Positions 45,260 to 58,400 of a DNA stretch of 64,000 nt are shown here, one piece after another (the first letter of the stretch is position 1; every line of letters begins with the position of its first letter). The stretch is from the human T2T-CHM13v2.0 reference genome, Homo sapiens: the NCBI RefSeq assembly GCF_009914755.1, contig NC_060947.1. One strand, written 5' to 3'. The position numbers were made by a program, and so were the translations under genes. The notes under the pieces are model-generated. The model saw nothing but the letters and a program-made list of their open reading frames with translations. It had not been told where the DNA came from and did no database searches.

Positions 45260-45779
45260 TGTATTAGTCGGGGTTCTCTAGAGGGGCACACCTAATAGGA
45301 TATATGTGTATATAAAGGGGAGTTTATTAAGGAGTATTGACTCACACAATCACAAGGTGAAGTTCCACAATAGGCCGTCCGCAAGCTGAGGAGCAAGGAA
45401 GCCAGTCCGAGTCCCATAAACCTCAAAACTAGGGAAGCCAACAGTACAGCCTTCAGTCTGTGGTCGAAGGTCCAAGAGTCCCAAAGCTGAAGAACTTGGA
45501 GTCTGATGTTCAAGGGCAGGAAGCATCCAGCACAGGAGAAAGATAGAGCCCAGAAGACTCACCCAGTCTAGCCTTTTCACGTTCTTCTGTCTACTTTTTA
45601 TTCTGGTTGCACTGGCAGTTGATTAGATGGTGCCCACCCAGTTTGAGGGTGAGTCTGCCTTTCCCAGTCCACTGACTCAAATGTAAATCTCCTTTGCCAA
45701 CACCCTCACAGACACACCCAGGAACAATACTTTGCATCCTTCAATCCGATCAAGTTGGCACTCAATACTAACCATCACG
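45260..45779 (-). mobile_element. MLT2A (MLT2A2-like) HERV-L solo LTR
   Basis: tgtattagtcggggttctctagagg...gcaagctgaggagcaaggaagccagtccgagtccc...ctcaatactaaccatcacg. Confidence 0.92.
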
Positions 45780-46294
45780 ATGACAAAAAGAAAAGGTGTT
45801 TTACACAGTTTAATATATTCCAGGAAGTCTTCTGTAAGATTCTCTAATTTTGATAGATTTACCCTCAATGATTTTATTTCTCTAGTTTTGTAATGCTATT
45901 TGAATTTTTGCTTCCTTTGAGATTTTTTTCTAAAAGACAAATTTTAAAAAAACTTGAAAGATCCTTGTCTAAATAAAAGTCAGTGGAAGTCAGCTAGAAA
46001 CATGAGGAGTGGCAATATCACATTTTTCATTACCAAAACCATGCAAAAAATACAAATAACATGTTTCTTAGGAGGATTAATAATGTTAGAAAATAGTAAA
46101 TTCAATACTATTTTTCAGACTATAAAATATTATAAAGTGTTTTATATATGTTGATATTATAATAAAACCAAAATATATTTCTGTAAAGTATTTTAAGTCT
46201 TTATTCTCATCATTTTATTCTCTATATTTCTTAGAATAATTTTTCAAGATTTGTCATTCCTGCCTTTTCCCTCCTCCACAATTCAACTGTACTC

Positions 46295-48490
46295 TTACAA
46301 TAAGAAATGAAACAGGATACATTGCCACTGATGCCACAGAAATAAAAAGGATTATGAGAGACTACTATAAGGAATTACATACCAACGAATTGGATTGTCT
46401 AGAGGAAACAGATAAATTCCAAGAAGCATATAACCTACCAAGACTGAATCATGAATAAATAGAAAACCTGAGCAGACCTATGGCTTTTAAGAAAATTGAG
46501 TTACTAATCAAAAACCTCTCAACAAGGAAAATACAAGGGCCAGAGAGCTTCATAGGTGAATTCTAGCAAACATTTAAACAATAATTAACACCAGTCCTTC
46601 TCAAACTCTAACAAAAAATGGAAGAGGGAGGAATGCTTCCAAACTCATTTTACAAGTTCAGGATTCCCTTGATATAAATGTCAGACAAAAACACCACAAG
46701 AAAAAAAAATACAAGTCAATGTCACTGATGAATATATATGCAAAATCATCAAAAAAAATACTAGCAAACCAAGTTCAATATCACATTAAAAGAATTGTAC
46801 ACACTTACCAAGTAAGATTTGTCCTTAAGTTGAAAGAATGTTTCAGTATACACAATCAATATGATAAATCACATTTTCACAATGAAGAATATAGTCATAT
46901 GATTATATCCACAGATGCAGGAATAATATTTGACAAAAGTCAACACTTTTTATAATACAATCTTTCAACAAATTAGGTATAGAAGAAATGTATCACAACA
47001 TAATAAAGGGCATAAATGAGAAGCCCACAGCTAATATCATAGGTAATGAAAAGAAGCTGAAAATGTTTCTTCTCAGATGAGGACAAAGTAGAGGATGACC
47101 ACTCTTCCCACTTTTATTTAACATAATACTGGAAATCCTAGCCAGAACAATAAGATACAAAAAAAAAATCCATATTGCAAAAGAAGAACTAAAATTATCT
47201 CTGTATGCAAATGATATCTTATATGTAGAAAATCCTTAAAATCTCCACCAAAAAAAAACTGTTAAAACAAAGAAATTTAGTAAAGTTTCAGGATTCAAAA
47301 TTAACATACAAAAATCAGTTGTGTTTATATATACTAGCAGTAAACTATTCAGAAAGAAAATTTAGAAAACAATCTCGTTTACAATGGCATCAAAAAGAAT
47401 ACAGTATTTATTAATAGTTTCAATCAAAGAGATAAAAATATTGTACAATGAAAACTACAAGCCATTGATTACAGAAATTAAAAATGATATAAATAAATGG
47501 AAAGACATTTTGTGTTCATGGATTGAAACACATAATACTGTTAAAATGCCCATACTGCCCAAAACAATCTACAGATACAATGCTATCCTTATGAAAATCT
47601 CAATGACATTTTATAAAAATAGAAAAAAATCAAAAGTTTATATGAAACCACAAGAGACCACAAAGAGCCAAAACAATCTTGAGAAGAACAAAGCTGGAGG
47701 TATCATACATTCTGATTTCAAATTATACTGCAGAGCTACAGTAATCAAAACAGTATAGTACAGGTGTAAAAACAGACATATAGCCCAGTGGAACAAAATG
47801 TAGAGCTCAGAAATAAATTCATGAATATATGACTAACTGATCTTTAGCATAGTTTCCAAGAATACATAATGGGTAGAAGAGAATCTTGTCTACAAATAGT
47901 ATCAGGAAAACTGGACATCCATATGAAAACAATGAAATTGAATTCTTACACCATATACAAACATTTACACAAAATTGATTGAAGACTTAAATGTAAGACT
48001 TGACATAAATTTCTTAGAACACATATGAAAATAGCTTCTTGACATTGTCTTTGTGATGTTTTCTTGAATATGACACAAAAACCATAGGCAATGGAAGCAA
48101 AAGTAGTTGGGATTGCATCAAACTAAAAGCTTCTAGACAGGAAAAGAAATAATAAAAAGAATGAAAAGGCAACCTACAGAATAGGAGAAAATGTTTGCAA
48201 ACAGTATATATGACAAAGAGCTAATATGTGAAATATACAAATCATTCACGTGTGTATGTACTTTTTTCAAAACAAATTAATAGCAATTCAATAGAAAAAA
48301 TAAAAAATAAATATTAAAAAGTAGACAAAAGCCTTGTATAGACATTTTTTTCCAAAAAAATATACAAATGGCTAACAGAGATATAATAAAGAGGCTCCAC
48401 AACACTACTCATTAGGAAAATGCACTTAAAACCCTAATGGAATATGATCTCAGACCTGTTAGAGTGGCTGTTACAAAATGATAAGAGATT
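46295..48490 (+). mobile_element. L1MA/MB-like ORF2 fragment
   Basis: Decayed ORF2 peptides SLMNIYAK...HMIISTDA and KWKDILCSWI...NKAGGI...DFKLY. Confidence 0.85.
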
Positions 48491-48588
48491 GTGAAGATAA
48501 GATAAAAATCCCCTTATGCTTCTAACAGAAAGAGGGAAAAGTAATCATTTTGAAATATGCCTGAGTATTATATTCTCCTCAACAAAGA

Positions 48589-49134
48589 TGTATTAGTCAG
48601 AAATATCCAGAGAAATAGAACCAATATGCAGAGAGAGAGAGAGAGAGAGAAGAGAAAATTTATCATAGGAATTGGCTCACATAATTATAGAGGCCAAAAT
48701 GTTTCATAACATGCTGTCTGCCAGCTGGAGAACCAGGAAAGCCATTGGTGTAATTCAATCCCAATGGCCTGAGGAGCAAGAGTGACAATGGTGTCATCCA
48801 ATCTGAGGCCAAAGGCCTGAGAACTGGGGGTAGGGTTGTACTAGCATAAGTCTTAGAGTCTGCAGGCTGAGGAATCAGCACCTCTGATGTCTAAGGGAAG
48901 AAGGTGGATGTCACAGGTCAAGAAAAGAGAAGATGAAATTTGCTCTGAGTTTTTGTTATATCTGGGCCTTCAACAGATGGCATAATGCCTGCCCACACTG
49001 GTGAAGGTGGACCATTTTTACTTAGTCTCCTGATTCAATGCTAATCATTTTGAGAAACACAGAGAAAAAATGTTTTATCAGCTTTTGGGCATCCCTTTGT
49101 CCAGTCAAGTTGACACCTACACTTAACCATCACC
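48589..49134 (-). mobile_element. MLT2B/C-like LTR, the 3' LTR of the adjacent ERV-L
   Basis: tgtattagtcag...ccagtcaagttgacacctacacttaaccatcac. Internal (GA)n at ~48629-48649. Abuts a polypurine tract (ccatccccttt). Confidence 0.88.
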
Positions 49135-52065
49135 AGACCATCCCTTTTGAACTTGCTACTCATATGCATCTCCTTAAACGATAATCTACAAATAAAGACA
49201 AGGAGAAGCTAATGATTCTGCCTAATATGATATAACTAACCTGTATACAATTGAAAATACACTACTACCGTCTTCAGAAAAAGTAGTCTTTAAGTGATGT
49301 TCAGTCTTCACCTGATGCCCTGTAACTTAATATGATGTAAAACTAAAACTTCTTAAAAACAGATTTAAAATAATGCATCTTATGTTACATGATAAGGAAA
49401 TAAGAGAAGAAAGAAAACAAAGATAGATAATTAATACATGTATATAAATACACATGTATTTATAACATAAGAAGGAAATACTCATGACAGTTACAGTTTT
49501 CTGTTCTGTAACTAGTCATGTCATCATAGCTAGTATTTATCATTACCTTCTCCCACTCATTCTGTGTACATTTGCCTTCAGGAAGATCCTTAGCTGCTTA
49601 TAGTTCTTTCTTTAACTGGTGTGGTAATCACAACTTTTATTCCTGAAAGGTCTGGACCTTTATTTGTCTTCCCTGAATTGGGTTGTTAGAGCTCGCCATT
49701 GACATTAATCACAAGGCATGGTAATATTAAGACAAGACCTAAATGAGCTCTTGTATTCCGGACATACTCTTATTTACTTCCATTGTAGAGTGGTAGTCTA
49801 ATTTTCCATTGGTAGTCCGTATCAATCATCTCTGCCAATTCTGTAACTCTTTTCTTGAACTATTTACTCTAAGACATAAGGAGCCCAAATTAGCTAGGTG
49901 GGAGTCTTAACTTTTTATAGTTCAATAAAATTATTGTTATACTCTAGGCCAGCAGAGTATAAAGCCCTGGGATCAGGAAGAAAAATTTTGCTAGTGTGTC
50001 ACAAGGGATAATAGTGAGTGGTGCCACTCCCATTTTTATCCCTTAATTCCTGGACCTATTAATCCTAGCTATAGGAGGAACAGTACTATATGTTGGATGC
50101 TGATTCAAAGCACATACGGCAATCTGGAAAACCCTGCCCCACTCCTATAAGGTATTTTCACCTACCTGGTGCTGTAACAGAGTCTTCAAAAGGCAATTCC
50201 GCATTCTATCAAGGCAGCTGCTTTAGGATAGTGTGGAACATGGTAAGACCAGTGAATTCCATAAGTATCTGCCCATTGCCACACTTTTTTAGCCGTGAAG
50301 TGATTTCCTTGTTTAAAAGCAACGCAGTGTATAATACTATGACGGTGGATAAGGCATACTGTAAGTCCATGGATGATAGTTTTAACAGAAGCATTTCATG
50401 CAGGAAAGGTAAGAGTCAGTGTCTATTCTAATAAGGATAAAACAATGTCTCTCTTATGATAGAAGTGATCTAATGTAACCAACTTGCCAACAAGTAGCTG
50501 GATGATCACCCTGGAAAGTGGTGCCATACTGGGGACAGAGTGTTGCTCTCTGCTACTCACATATTGGGCACTCAGTGGTGGCTATAGCCCAGTCGGCCTT
50601 GCGAGGTGAAAGTCCACGTTGCTGAGCACATTCATAACTTCTACTCCTATTACCATGGCCACGTTATTCATGAGTCCATTATGCAATGACAGAAGTGGCT
50701 GGAGATATAGGATGACTGGATTCCGCAGAAAAGATAATTCTATCCACTTAACTATTAAAATCCTCCTCTGATGTGGCCACTCTTTTTTGAGCATTCACAT
50801 AGGACACAAATATCTTCACTTTTTTTTCCCATTCAGAGTGGTCTATCCACATCCCTCATCCCAAAATTTCTTTGTTACCAATTGGCAAATCATGCCCTTT
50901 CAAATCTCTGACCATCCAACCAAATCATTGATGACAGCCCAGAAGTTGGTATATAATTGCTCATCTAGTCTTTTCTCTTTCCAAGCAAAGCACATAACCA
51001 GGTTCAGTGCCCAAAATTATTTATATTGGAAGGACTTACCTTCATCACTATCTATCAGGGATGTCCTAGAGAGAGGCTGCGGTGCTTCAGCTGCCCACTC
51101 TCAGGTAGTGCCTTGAGTTTGGTGCAGAACCATTTATAAATCAAGCTCAATTTTTCTCTTACTCTGTCAATTGATCATAGAAAATTCCCATGAGGCCATA
51201 GGTGCAGGCTGGGAGAGAGATGACAGTGTAGTAGGAGTGGAAGCCATGGGCATTTGAACAATTTTTTTGTTTTAATTGGGGAAATGTAGCCTCTGAGGAA
51301 ATCCGAAAGTATACATTCCCTTTATTTTGTCAATTTTGTTTTAGGCCACTTCATGTAACATACTTGTGCCTGCTTGGGCCTAAGTATGCATATGCCACTT
51401 CTACTTGATGATGTAGTGCTTTTGTACATGCCAGATTTTATGGCTGGATTGATTATGTGATGCCAAGTTCAAGATAAGTAGCTCAGTTCACATGGTAACT
51501 TGGTGACCTATGTTCAAGCATTTAGTTCTATAAAGGCCCCATAGTAGGCCAAGGGCTGTATCTCAGAGGGAGAATAGATATCCTCATATAATGACAGGGC
51601 TAGTCTCTAAGATCCTGAAGACCTGCTCTGTTGTTCACCTATAGGGGCTTGCTAGAGCCTCCAAAGAACATCCCTATCTGCCACTGAAACTTCAAGCACC
51701 TTGAGATCTGCTGGATCATATGGCCCATGTGGCAGAGCAGCTTGCACAGCAGCCTGCCTCTTGCAGAGGTTTTTCTTATTTTGAGGACCATTTAAAACTA
51801 GCATATTTTTAGGTCACTCTTTGTAACATACCCAAATGTGAAATATGCTGCCTCCAAAATCTAACTACATTCACTAGATATTGTGCCCCTTTTTTTGGAT
51901 GTAGGAGGAGCCAGATGCAACAATTTATCCTTCATCTTGGATGAATTATTACATGTCCCACATCACTTGTTCCCTAGAAATTTCACTGAGGTAGAAGATC
52001 CTTTAATTTAGTTATATTTATTTCCCACCCTCTCATGGGCAAATGTCTTACCAGTAAGTCTAGAG
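49135..52065 (-). mobile_element. ERV-L internal remnant (RT C-terminal part, RNase H, integrase, dUTPase), pseudogenised
   Basis: Manual minus-strand translation gives AEMIDTDYQ (dUTPase motif-3-like, ~49809-49835), YGIHWSYHVPHYPKAAALIE (integrase, ~50205-50264), and STSVKFLG and DLLVRHLPMRGWEIN (RT, ~51973-52060). Confidence 0.88.
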
Positions 52066-52240
52066 TATATATATTTATATATTTATATAGGTATATATTA
52101 ATATATGCATATATTATTTATATACATATTATTTATATATTATACATTATATTATATATGTTTATAATATATACATACTCAGGATTGTATATGTGTATAT
52201 ATATACATTATATATTACATGTATTCTCATAATATATATG
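52066..52240. repeat. AT-rich (TA)n-derived low-complexity tract
   Basis: Degenerate TATA/TACA repeats seen directly. Confidence 0.9.
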
Positions 52241-53649
52241 TGGGAACAAATGCTGTCAATCTGAATAAATAAACTTAGATATTAATGATGCACTTGGTTT
52301 ATGATGTGGCTGCATTAGACTCATAGCCATATAAACCAAAAAAATTGTAAAAACTGATGGTATATTTGATTTGAAGACCTCCAGATTCAAGATGCATAAT
52401 TATTATTGTTTCGTAAGGTACCTTTAGAAAGTTGATAAGACTGATGGAAGATTAACTTCCTAGCTATCACACAGATAAAAATTCAATGTTGCCCACATTT
52501 ATTTTGGTATAACCTTTGGAAATGGTCTGTAGTCCTCTTTGCACTCATATTCATGTACTTAAATTTTAAATTCCATTGTATTTTCACTTTATTATAAAAT
52601 ATAAATATAATATTTGTGAACATAAAATTTGCAATTAAGGTACAGATTACTGTAAATTCCACTAAGACTTTTGTTCATGGAAGCAGCACTTGCTCTTATA
52701 AGTATTGGAATGTAATAAATTTAAGATGTTCTGAGCCCAAAAAAACTGAAAGCATTACAATTAAAGAGAACATTTGCCATTTACTTTAAGTTAATGTTTT
52801 TCACTTTACACTTTATTGCACACTATCTTTCCTTCTTATCTATTAAACATGTTGTGAGCCATTAAGAAAGTGCTAATTTTTTGTCAGTGGGGAATAACGT
52901 AAGATGAATTTTCACATTTATTGGACTGCTTCTTAGCCTATGTGGTCATTTATTCTTAAGAGTGTTTTGAATAGTACCAACTAGCAATAATGACTGTAAA
53001 CTAATACAGTTTCTAATGGCAGATTGCATTAGGAGAGTGTCCAAATTATGTAGCTCCAGGAGTGCTATATTTCTTGCTGTATTTTATTATCCATTTTGTC
53101 TTGAAAAAAGGTTACATAGCTTAAGCTCAATATTAAATCTCTGCTTTTTGCCTCTTTTAAAAACTATCCCAGAATATAGCAAAAAGGTCTTTAGGGAAGA
53201 TACAGCATTAGAATTTTAACTTAGCCATGTTGTAAATTATGGCACATGATTTGTTACACAAATTACACATAATTTAGCTAATAACTAAACAACCCTCATT
53301 TTCTTATTGCCAATATGTAATATTTATATATTTATATAAACCAATGTAAAGTCAGAAAATCAATAAATATTATATTATGGAAAATAATTAAAATTAGAAT
53401 AGATCTTGGTCATAAATAAATTTGTTCAAGCTTATGAACTTATTTACATCTAAAAAACCTCAACCCAAAATGTATTTTTCCAATATCTCATGCTTTGGAT
53501 ATTTGAAGAAGCCATTGAATAGCTTTTCAAGTATATAGATAATAAGTCAAAATTATTTCAGATTATGTTAGGTAGTTCTAGTTAGTGATATGTATGTATT
53601 ATATAATTAATGTAAAAGTTATTTTTATATAATGTATACAATTATAAGT

Positions 53650-53845
53650 TTTACTTGAGCTCTTAATGTGTGCTAAAACCTCTTACACACATTTGCATAC
53701 ATTATATCATTTAACCTGCAGAAAAACCATAAAGATGGACATCATTATTGTTTACATTTTATAAATGAAGAAACTGAACAAGAAATTTGATAACTGTTCA
53801 AGAGTATTCTGTGACTGACTTAGGATGTAAATCCACACTTCTCTA
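53650..53845 (-). mobile_element. MIR SINE
   Basis: cattatatcatttaacct...cattttataaatgaagaaactga core. Confidence 0.75.
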
Positions 53846-53859
53846 TGGGTGTCACTTTA

Positions 53860-54977
53860 TTCTGTCATTCAGTCTACATTTGAATCCTGACTACGTGTCT
53901 AATGCTAAGACTGCAGCTGAGAATAAGTCAAAGAAAGTACCTGCATTTAAACAATTCTAGTGGAGAAAAAATAAACATGCAAATATATTATAAAATGATT
54001 TTGGTAACTATGAAGAAAATAGAATAAGGTGATATGGCAGAGATGAACTGGCTGTGGAGCATGGCCACTGCCCTAGTAAAGGTCATTTTAGAGAAAATGT
54101 TTCTAAAGAGTTGACATTTGACTTGAGCCTTGAATGACGAGAAGGGATCAACCATGTAAATTTTGAAGCGAAAACCTAAGTAATTGGATTAGAAAAGTGT
54201 AAAGCCTTGTAATAGGTACCTAAAGGAACCCATTTTGTCTGGAGCTTAGGGAAGCAGGAAAAAAAGAAAGTAGATGATATAGAAGATGTAGGTAGGGGCA
54301 AAGTCATGTAGTAATATGTAGGCCATGGTATGGATATTGATTTTTATTCTGAATACAATGAGAATCCATTGTAAACTCTTGAGTAGTAGTATCTGATTTA
54401 AGTTTTATAAAGTTTATAAAACCGTGATATAGAGAGCTCCTCTAGGGTTGCAAGAGTGGGTGGAGGGAAATACATTGATTCACTGTGATAGAAAATATTT
54501 GGATAGACAGATTTGGGAGTAAAATTATAGTTCTGTTATAGCATTGTTGACTTTGATATGCTCATTAGACAAGTGAGTGGAGAATTTAGGAAAGTAGTTG
54601 GATATAAAATCCAGACTACAGAAAAAGTTCAGCAAATTGTATTCGGAGTTGTGGGACTGGATGAGATTACCCAGAAAAAAATTCATAAATAGAAGAATCG
54701 TAAAGGGAGCAGAGACTTGAACCATCTCAAGGAATTTGTTAACCTACCAAAGAATAAACTTCTTCTAAATTGGACAAAGTCATCCCTTCTAGACATGTGC
54801 CTATTCTGGTAATCAAAAATCAAATAGAAACAAAAATATGTTATCTCTTTAGAAAGGTGCAGTCTTGAGAACATAGGGTTTGTCTAGAAGAATTCCATTC
54901 CTACCAGCAGAAGTAGCTGAAGGAAAATCTGGATTCAAGGTGTCAGTAATGGTAGTAGTCATAGTAGCAGTAATAAA

Positions 54978-55011
<34 letters not shown>

Positions 55012-55330
55012 AAATACAAAAAACGATGTGAAGATATGGATACATGCTGATTGAATTGACTCAGTAGAGACAGAAGTTGAAAACACAGAAGTGAAACAGA
55101 GATATAATAAAAAAATAATGGTCATGGAGAAGATATGAATGTGTGAAATTAAGGGAAAAGTGGAAGAGCTATTTTATATGGTCGCGCAAACACTTGGTCT
55201 GTTTTATTCATATACAACAAGCTTATTTTGAAAGAAGGCAGATACAAAATAAGACTGTGGTATCTAGAAGCATTGTTTCATACCAGAAAAAGTTACCCAT
55301 TATTCTTACTGTCCCTAAACACATATTAAA
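53860..55330 (-). mobile_element. L2 LINE fragment (possibly continuing ~62380-63400 beyond the L1)
   Basis: L2-like tgacatttgacttgagccttgaatga, gtaggccatggta...tttttattctgaatacaatg, ggatgagattaccca. Confidence 0.7.
54978..55006. repeat. (TG)14 microsatellite
   Basis: Perfect dinucleotide run seen directly. Confidence 0.95.
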
Positions 55331-55485
55331 TATTTCTTCAGTTCTCTCATGTGAGAATAAAGTGTGTGTGTGTATATATATATATACACATATAAAATAT
55401 TACATATATAGGTATACATACATATTACAGGTGTTCTATTCAGACACTTAAAGCTTTAATCCCTTCCTTCCTTAGTATATTTCAA

Positions 55486-58400
55486 TTTTTTTTTAATTTC
55501 AGTTTTTATTTTAGATACAAGGGATACATGTGTAGGATTGTTATATGATATATTGGACCCAGGTAGTAAGCATAGCACCCAATAAGTAGTTTTCCAAAGC
55601 TCATCCCCCAGCCACCCTCTCTTCCCAGTAGTTTGCAGTGTCTATTGTTGCCATGTTAATGTCCACGTGTGGTCTAAGTTTAGCTCCAACTTATATGTGA
55701 GAACATGTGGTATTTGCTTTTCTGTTCCTATGTTAATTTGCTTAGGATTATGGTCTACAGCTCTAGCCATTCTTCTTTATGACTGTGCATATTCTGTGGT
55801 GTGTATATACCATGTTTTCTTTATCCAGTTCACCATTGATGGGCAACTAGGTTGACTCTACATCTTTGCTATTGTGAATATCACAGTGAAGAACCTACAA
55901 GTGCATGTGTCTTTTTGGTATAATAATCTATATACCTTTGAGTATATACCCAGCAATGAGATTGATGGGTTGAGTGGTAGTTTTGTTTTAAGTTCTCTGA
56001 GACATCTCCAAACTGCTTTCCACAGTGACTGAACTAATCTATGTTCCCATCAACAGTGTGTAAATGTTCCCTTTTCTCTGCAGCCTTACCAACATCTTTT
56101 TTTTTTAACCTTTTGATAATGGTCATCATGACTGATGTGAGATGGTATATCATTGTAGTTTCAGATTTGCATTTCTCTGATGATTAGTGATGATGAGCAT
56201 TTTTTCAAATATTTGCTGGCCACTTATATGACTTCCTTTGAGAAGTATCCAGGTCTTTTGCCTACTTTTTAATGGGGTTGCTTGGTTTTTGCTTGTTGAT
56301 TTGTTTAAGTTCCTTATAGATTCTGGATATTAGACCTTTGTCAGATGCATAGTTTGCAAACATTTCCTACCATTCTGTAGGTTGTCTGTTTTCTCTGTTG
56401 TTAGTTTTTTTTTTTTGTTTTGTTTTTTGCTGTGCAAAAGCTCTTTAATTAGTCATTTTTTATTAGTCATTTTAATTAGTCATTTGTCAATTTTTGTTTT
56501 TGTTTTAATTGGTTTTGTGGACATGACCATAAATTATTTACCAAAAAGGGTGTATCCTAAATTTTCTTCTAGGACTTTTATAGTTAAAGGTCTTACATTT
56601 ATATCTTTAATCTATCTTGAGTTAATTTTTGTATATGATGAAAAAAAGGGTCTAATTTCATTCTTCTGCATATGATTATCCATCACCATTTAATTAATGG
56701 AGAGTTATCATCCCCATTGCTTGTTTTTGTCAGCTTTGTTAAAAATTAGATGGTTGTAGGTGTGCAGCTTTATTTCTGAGTTACATAATTTGTTCCATTG
56801 ATCTATGTGTCTGCTTTTGTACCAGTACCATGCTGTTTTGGTAACTGTAGCATTGTAATGTAGTTCAAAGTCAGGTAGAGTGAAGCCTCTAGCTTTGTGT
56901 TATTTGCTTAGGATTGCTTTGGCTATACAGGCTATTTTTGGTTCCACATGAGTTTTATATATTTTTTTCTATCTGTGAAGAAATGATGTTGATAGTTCAA
57001 TAAGAATAGCGTTGAATCTGTAAATTGCTTTGGACAGTATGGCCATTTTAATAATATTGATTCTTCCAATCCATGAGCATGAAATGACTTTCCATTTATT
57101 TGTGTTGCCTCTAATTTCTTTCAGCGGTGTGTTGTAGTTCTCTTTGTAAAGATCTTTCACCTCTTTAGTGAGCTGTATTCTATTTCTAAGTATTTCATTT
57201 TATTTGTGACTATTGTAAATGATATTATGTTCTTGACCTGACTCTTGACCTGGATGTTGTTGGTGTGTGGAAATGCTGCTAATTTTTTGTATATTGATTT
57301 TATATCCTGAAACGTTGCTGAAGTCATTTATCAGTTCTAGTTGCCTTTTGGTGGAGTCTTTAGAGTTTTCCAAGTATAGAATATCATCAGTGAAAAGAGA
57401 TAGTTTGACTTCTTTTTTTTTTCCTATTTGGTTGTGTTTTTTTTTTTTTTCTTTTCTGATTGCCCTGGCTAAGACTTCCAGTACTATTTTGAATAGGAGT
57501 GGTGAGAGTGGGCATCCTTACCTTATTTCAGTTCCCAAGAGGAATGATTCCAGCTATTATCTATTCAGTATAATGTTGACTGTAAGTTTGACATAAATGG
57601 CTCATTATTGTCAGATATGTTCTTGCAATGCCTAGTCTGTTGAGGGTTTTTATCATGAAAAGTTTTTGGATTTTATATAAAGCTTTTTTGCATCTATTGA
57701 GATGGCCATATGTTTTATGCTTTTGTCTTTATGTGGTAAATTGCATTTTGATTTGTGAATATTGAAAAAATCATGCATCCTAGGAATAAAGCCTGCTTGG
57801 TCATGGTGAGTTAACTTTCTTATGTTCTGCTGATTTGATTTGTTAGTATTTTGTTGAGGATTTTTCCATCTATGTTCATCAGGGATATTGGCTTGAAGTT
57901 TCCTTTATTAGTCTTATCTCAGCCAGATTTTCGTATTAGGCTGATGCTGGATTTATATAATGAGTTAAGGAGGAGTCCCTCCTCCTTTATTTTTTTAAAT
58001 GATTGGTACTAGTTCTTCTCTCTATGCCTGGTAGAATTTGACTGTGAATCCATGTGGTCCAGGGCTTTTTTGGGTTTATAGATTGTTTTCATCACAAGTT
58101 CAATTTCAGAACTCTATACTGAACCCTATTCAGAGTTTCAATCTCATCCTGATTCGATCTTTGGAGATTGTATGTTTCCAGGACCTTTTCCATTTCCTCT
58201 AGATTTTCTAATTTGTATGCAAGGAGTTGTTTGTAGTGTTATCTGAAGATCATTTTTATATTTCTGGTATGAGTTGTAATGTCATCTTTGTCATTTCTGA
58301 ATGTACTTATTTGAATCTTCTCTCCTTTTCTTCTTTGTTTATCTAACAGTCTATCAATCTTACATTGTTTTTTGGAGAACCAACTCTTGGTTTAATTATA

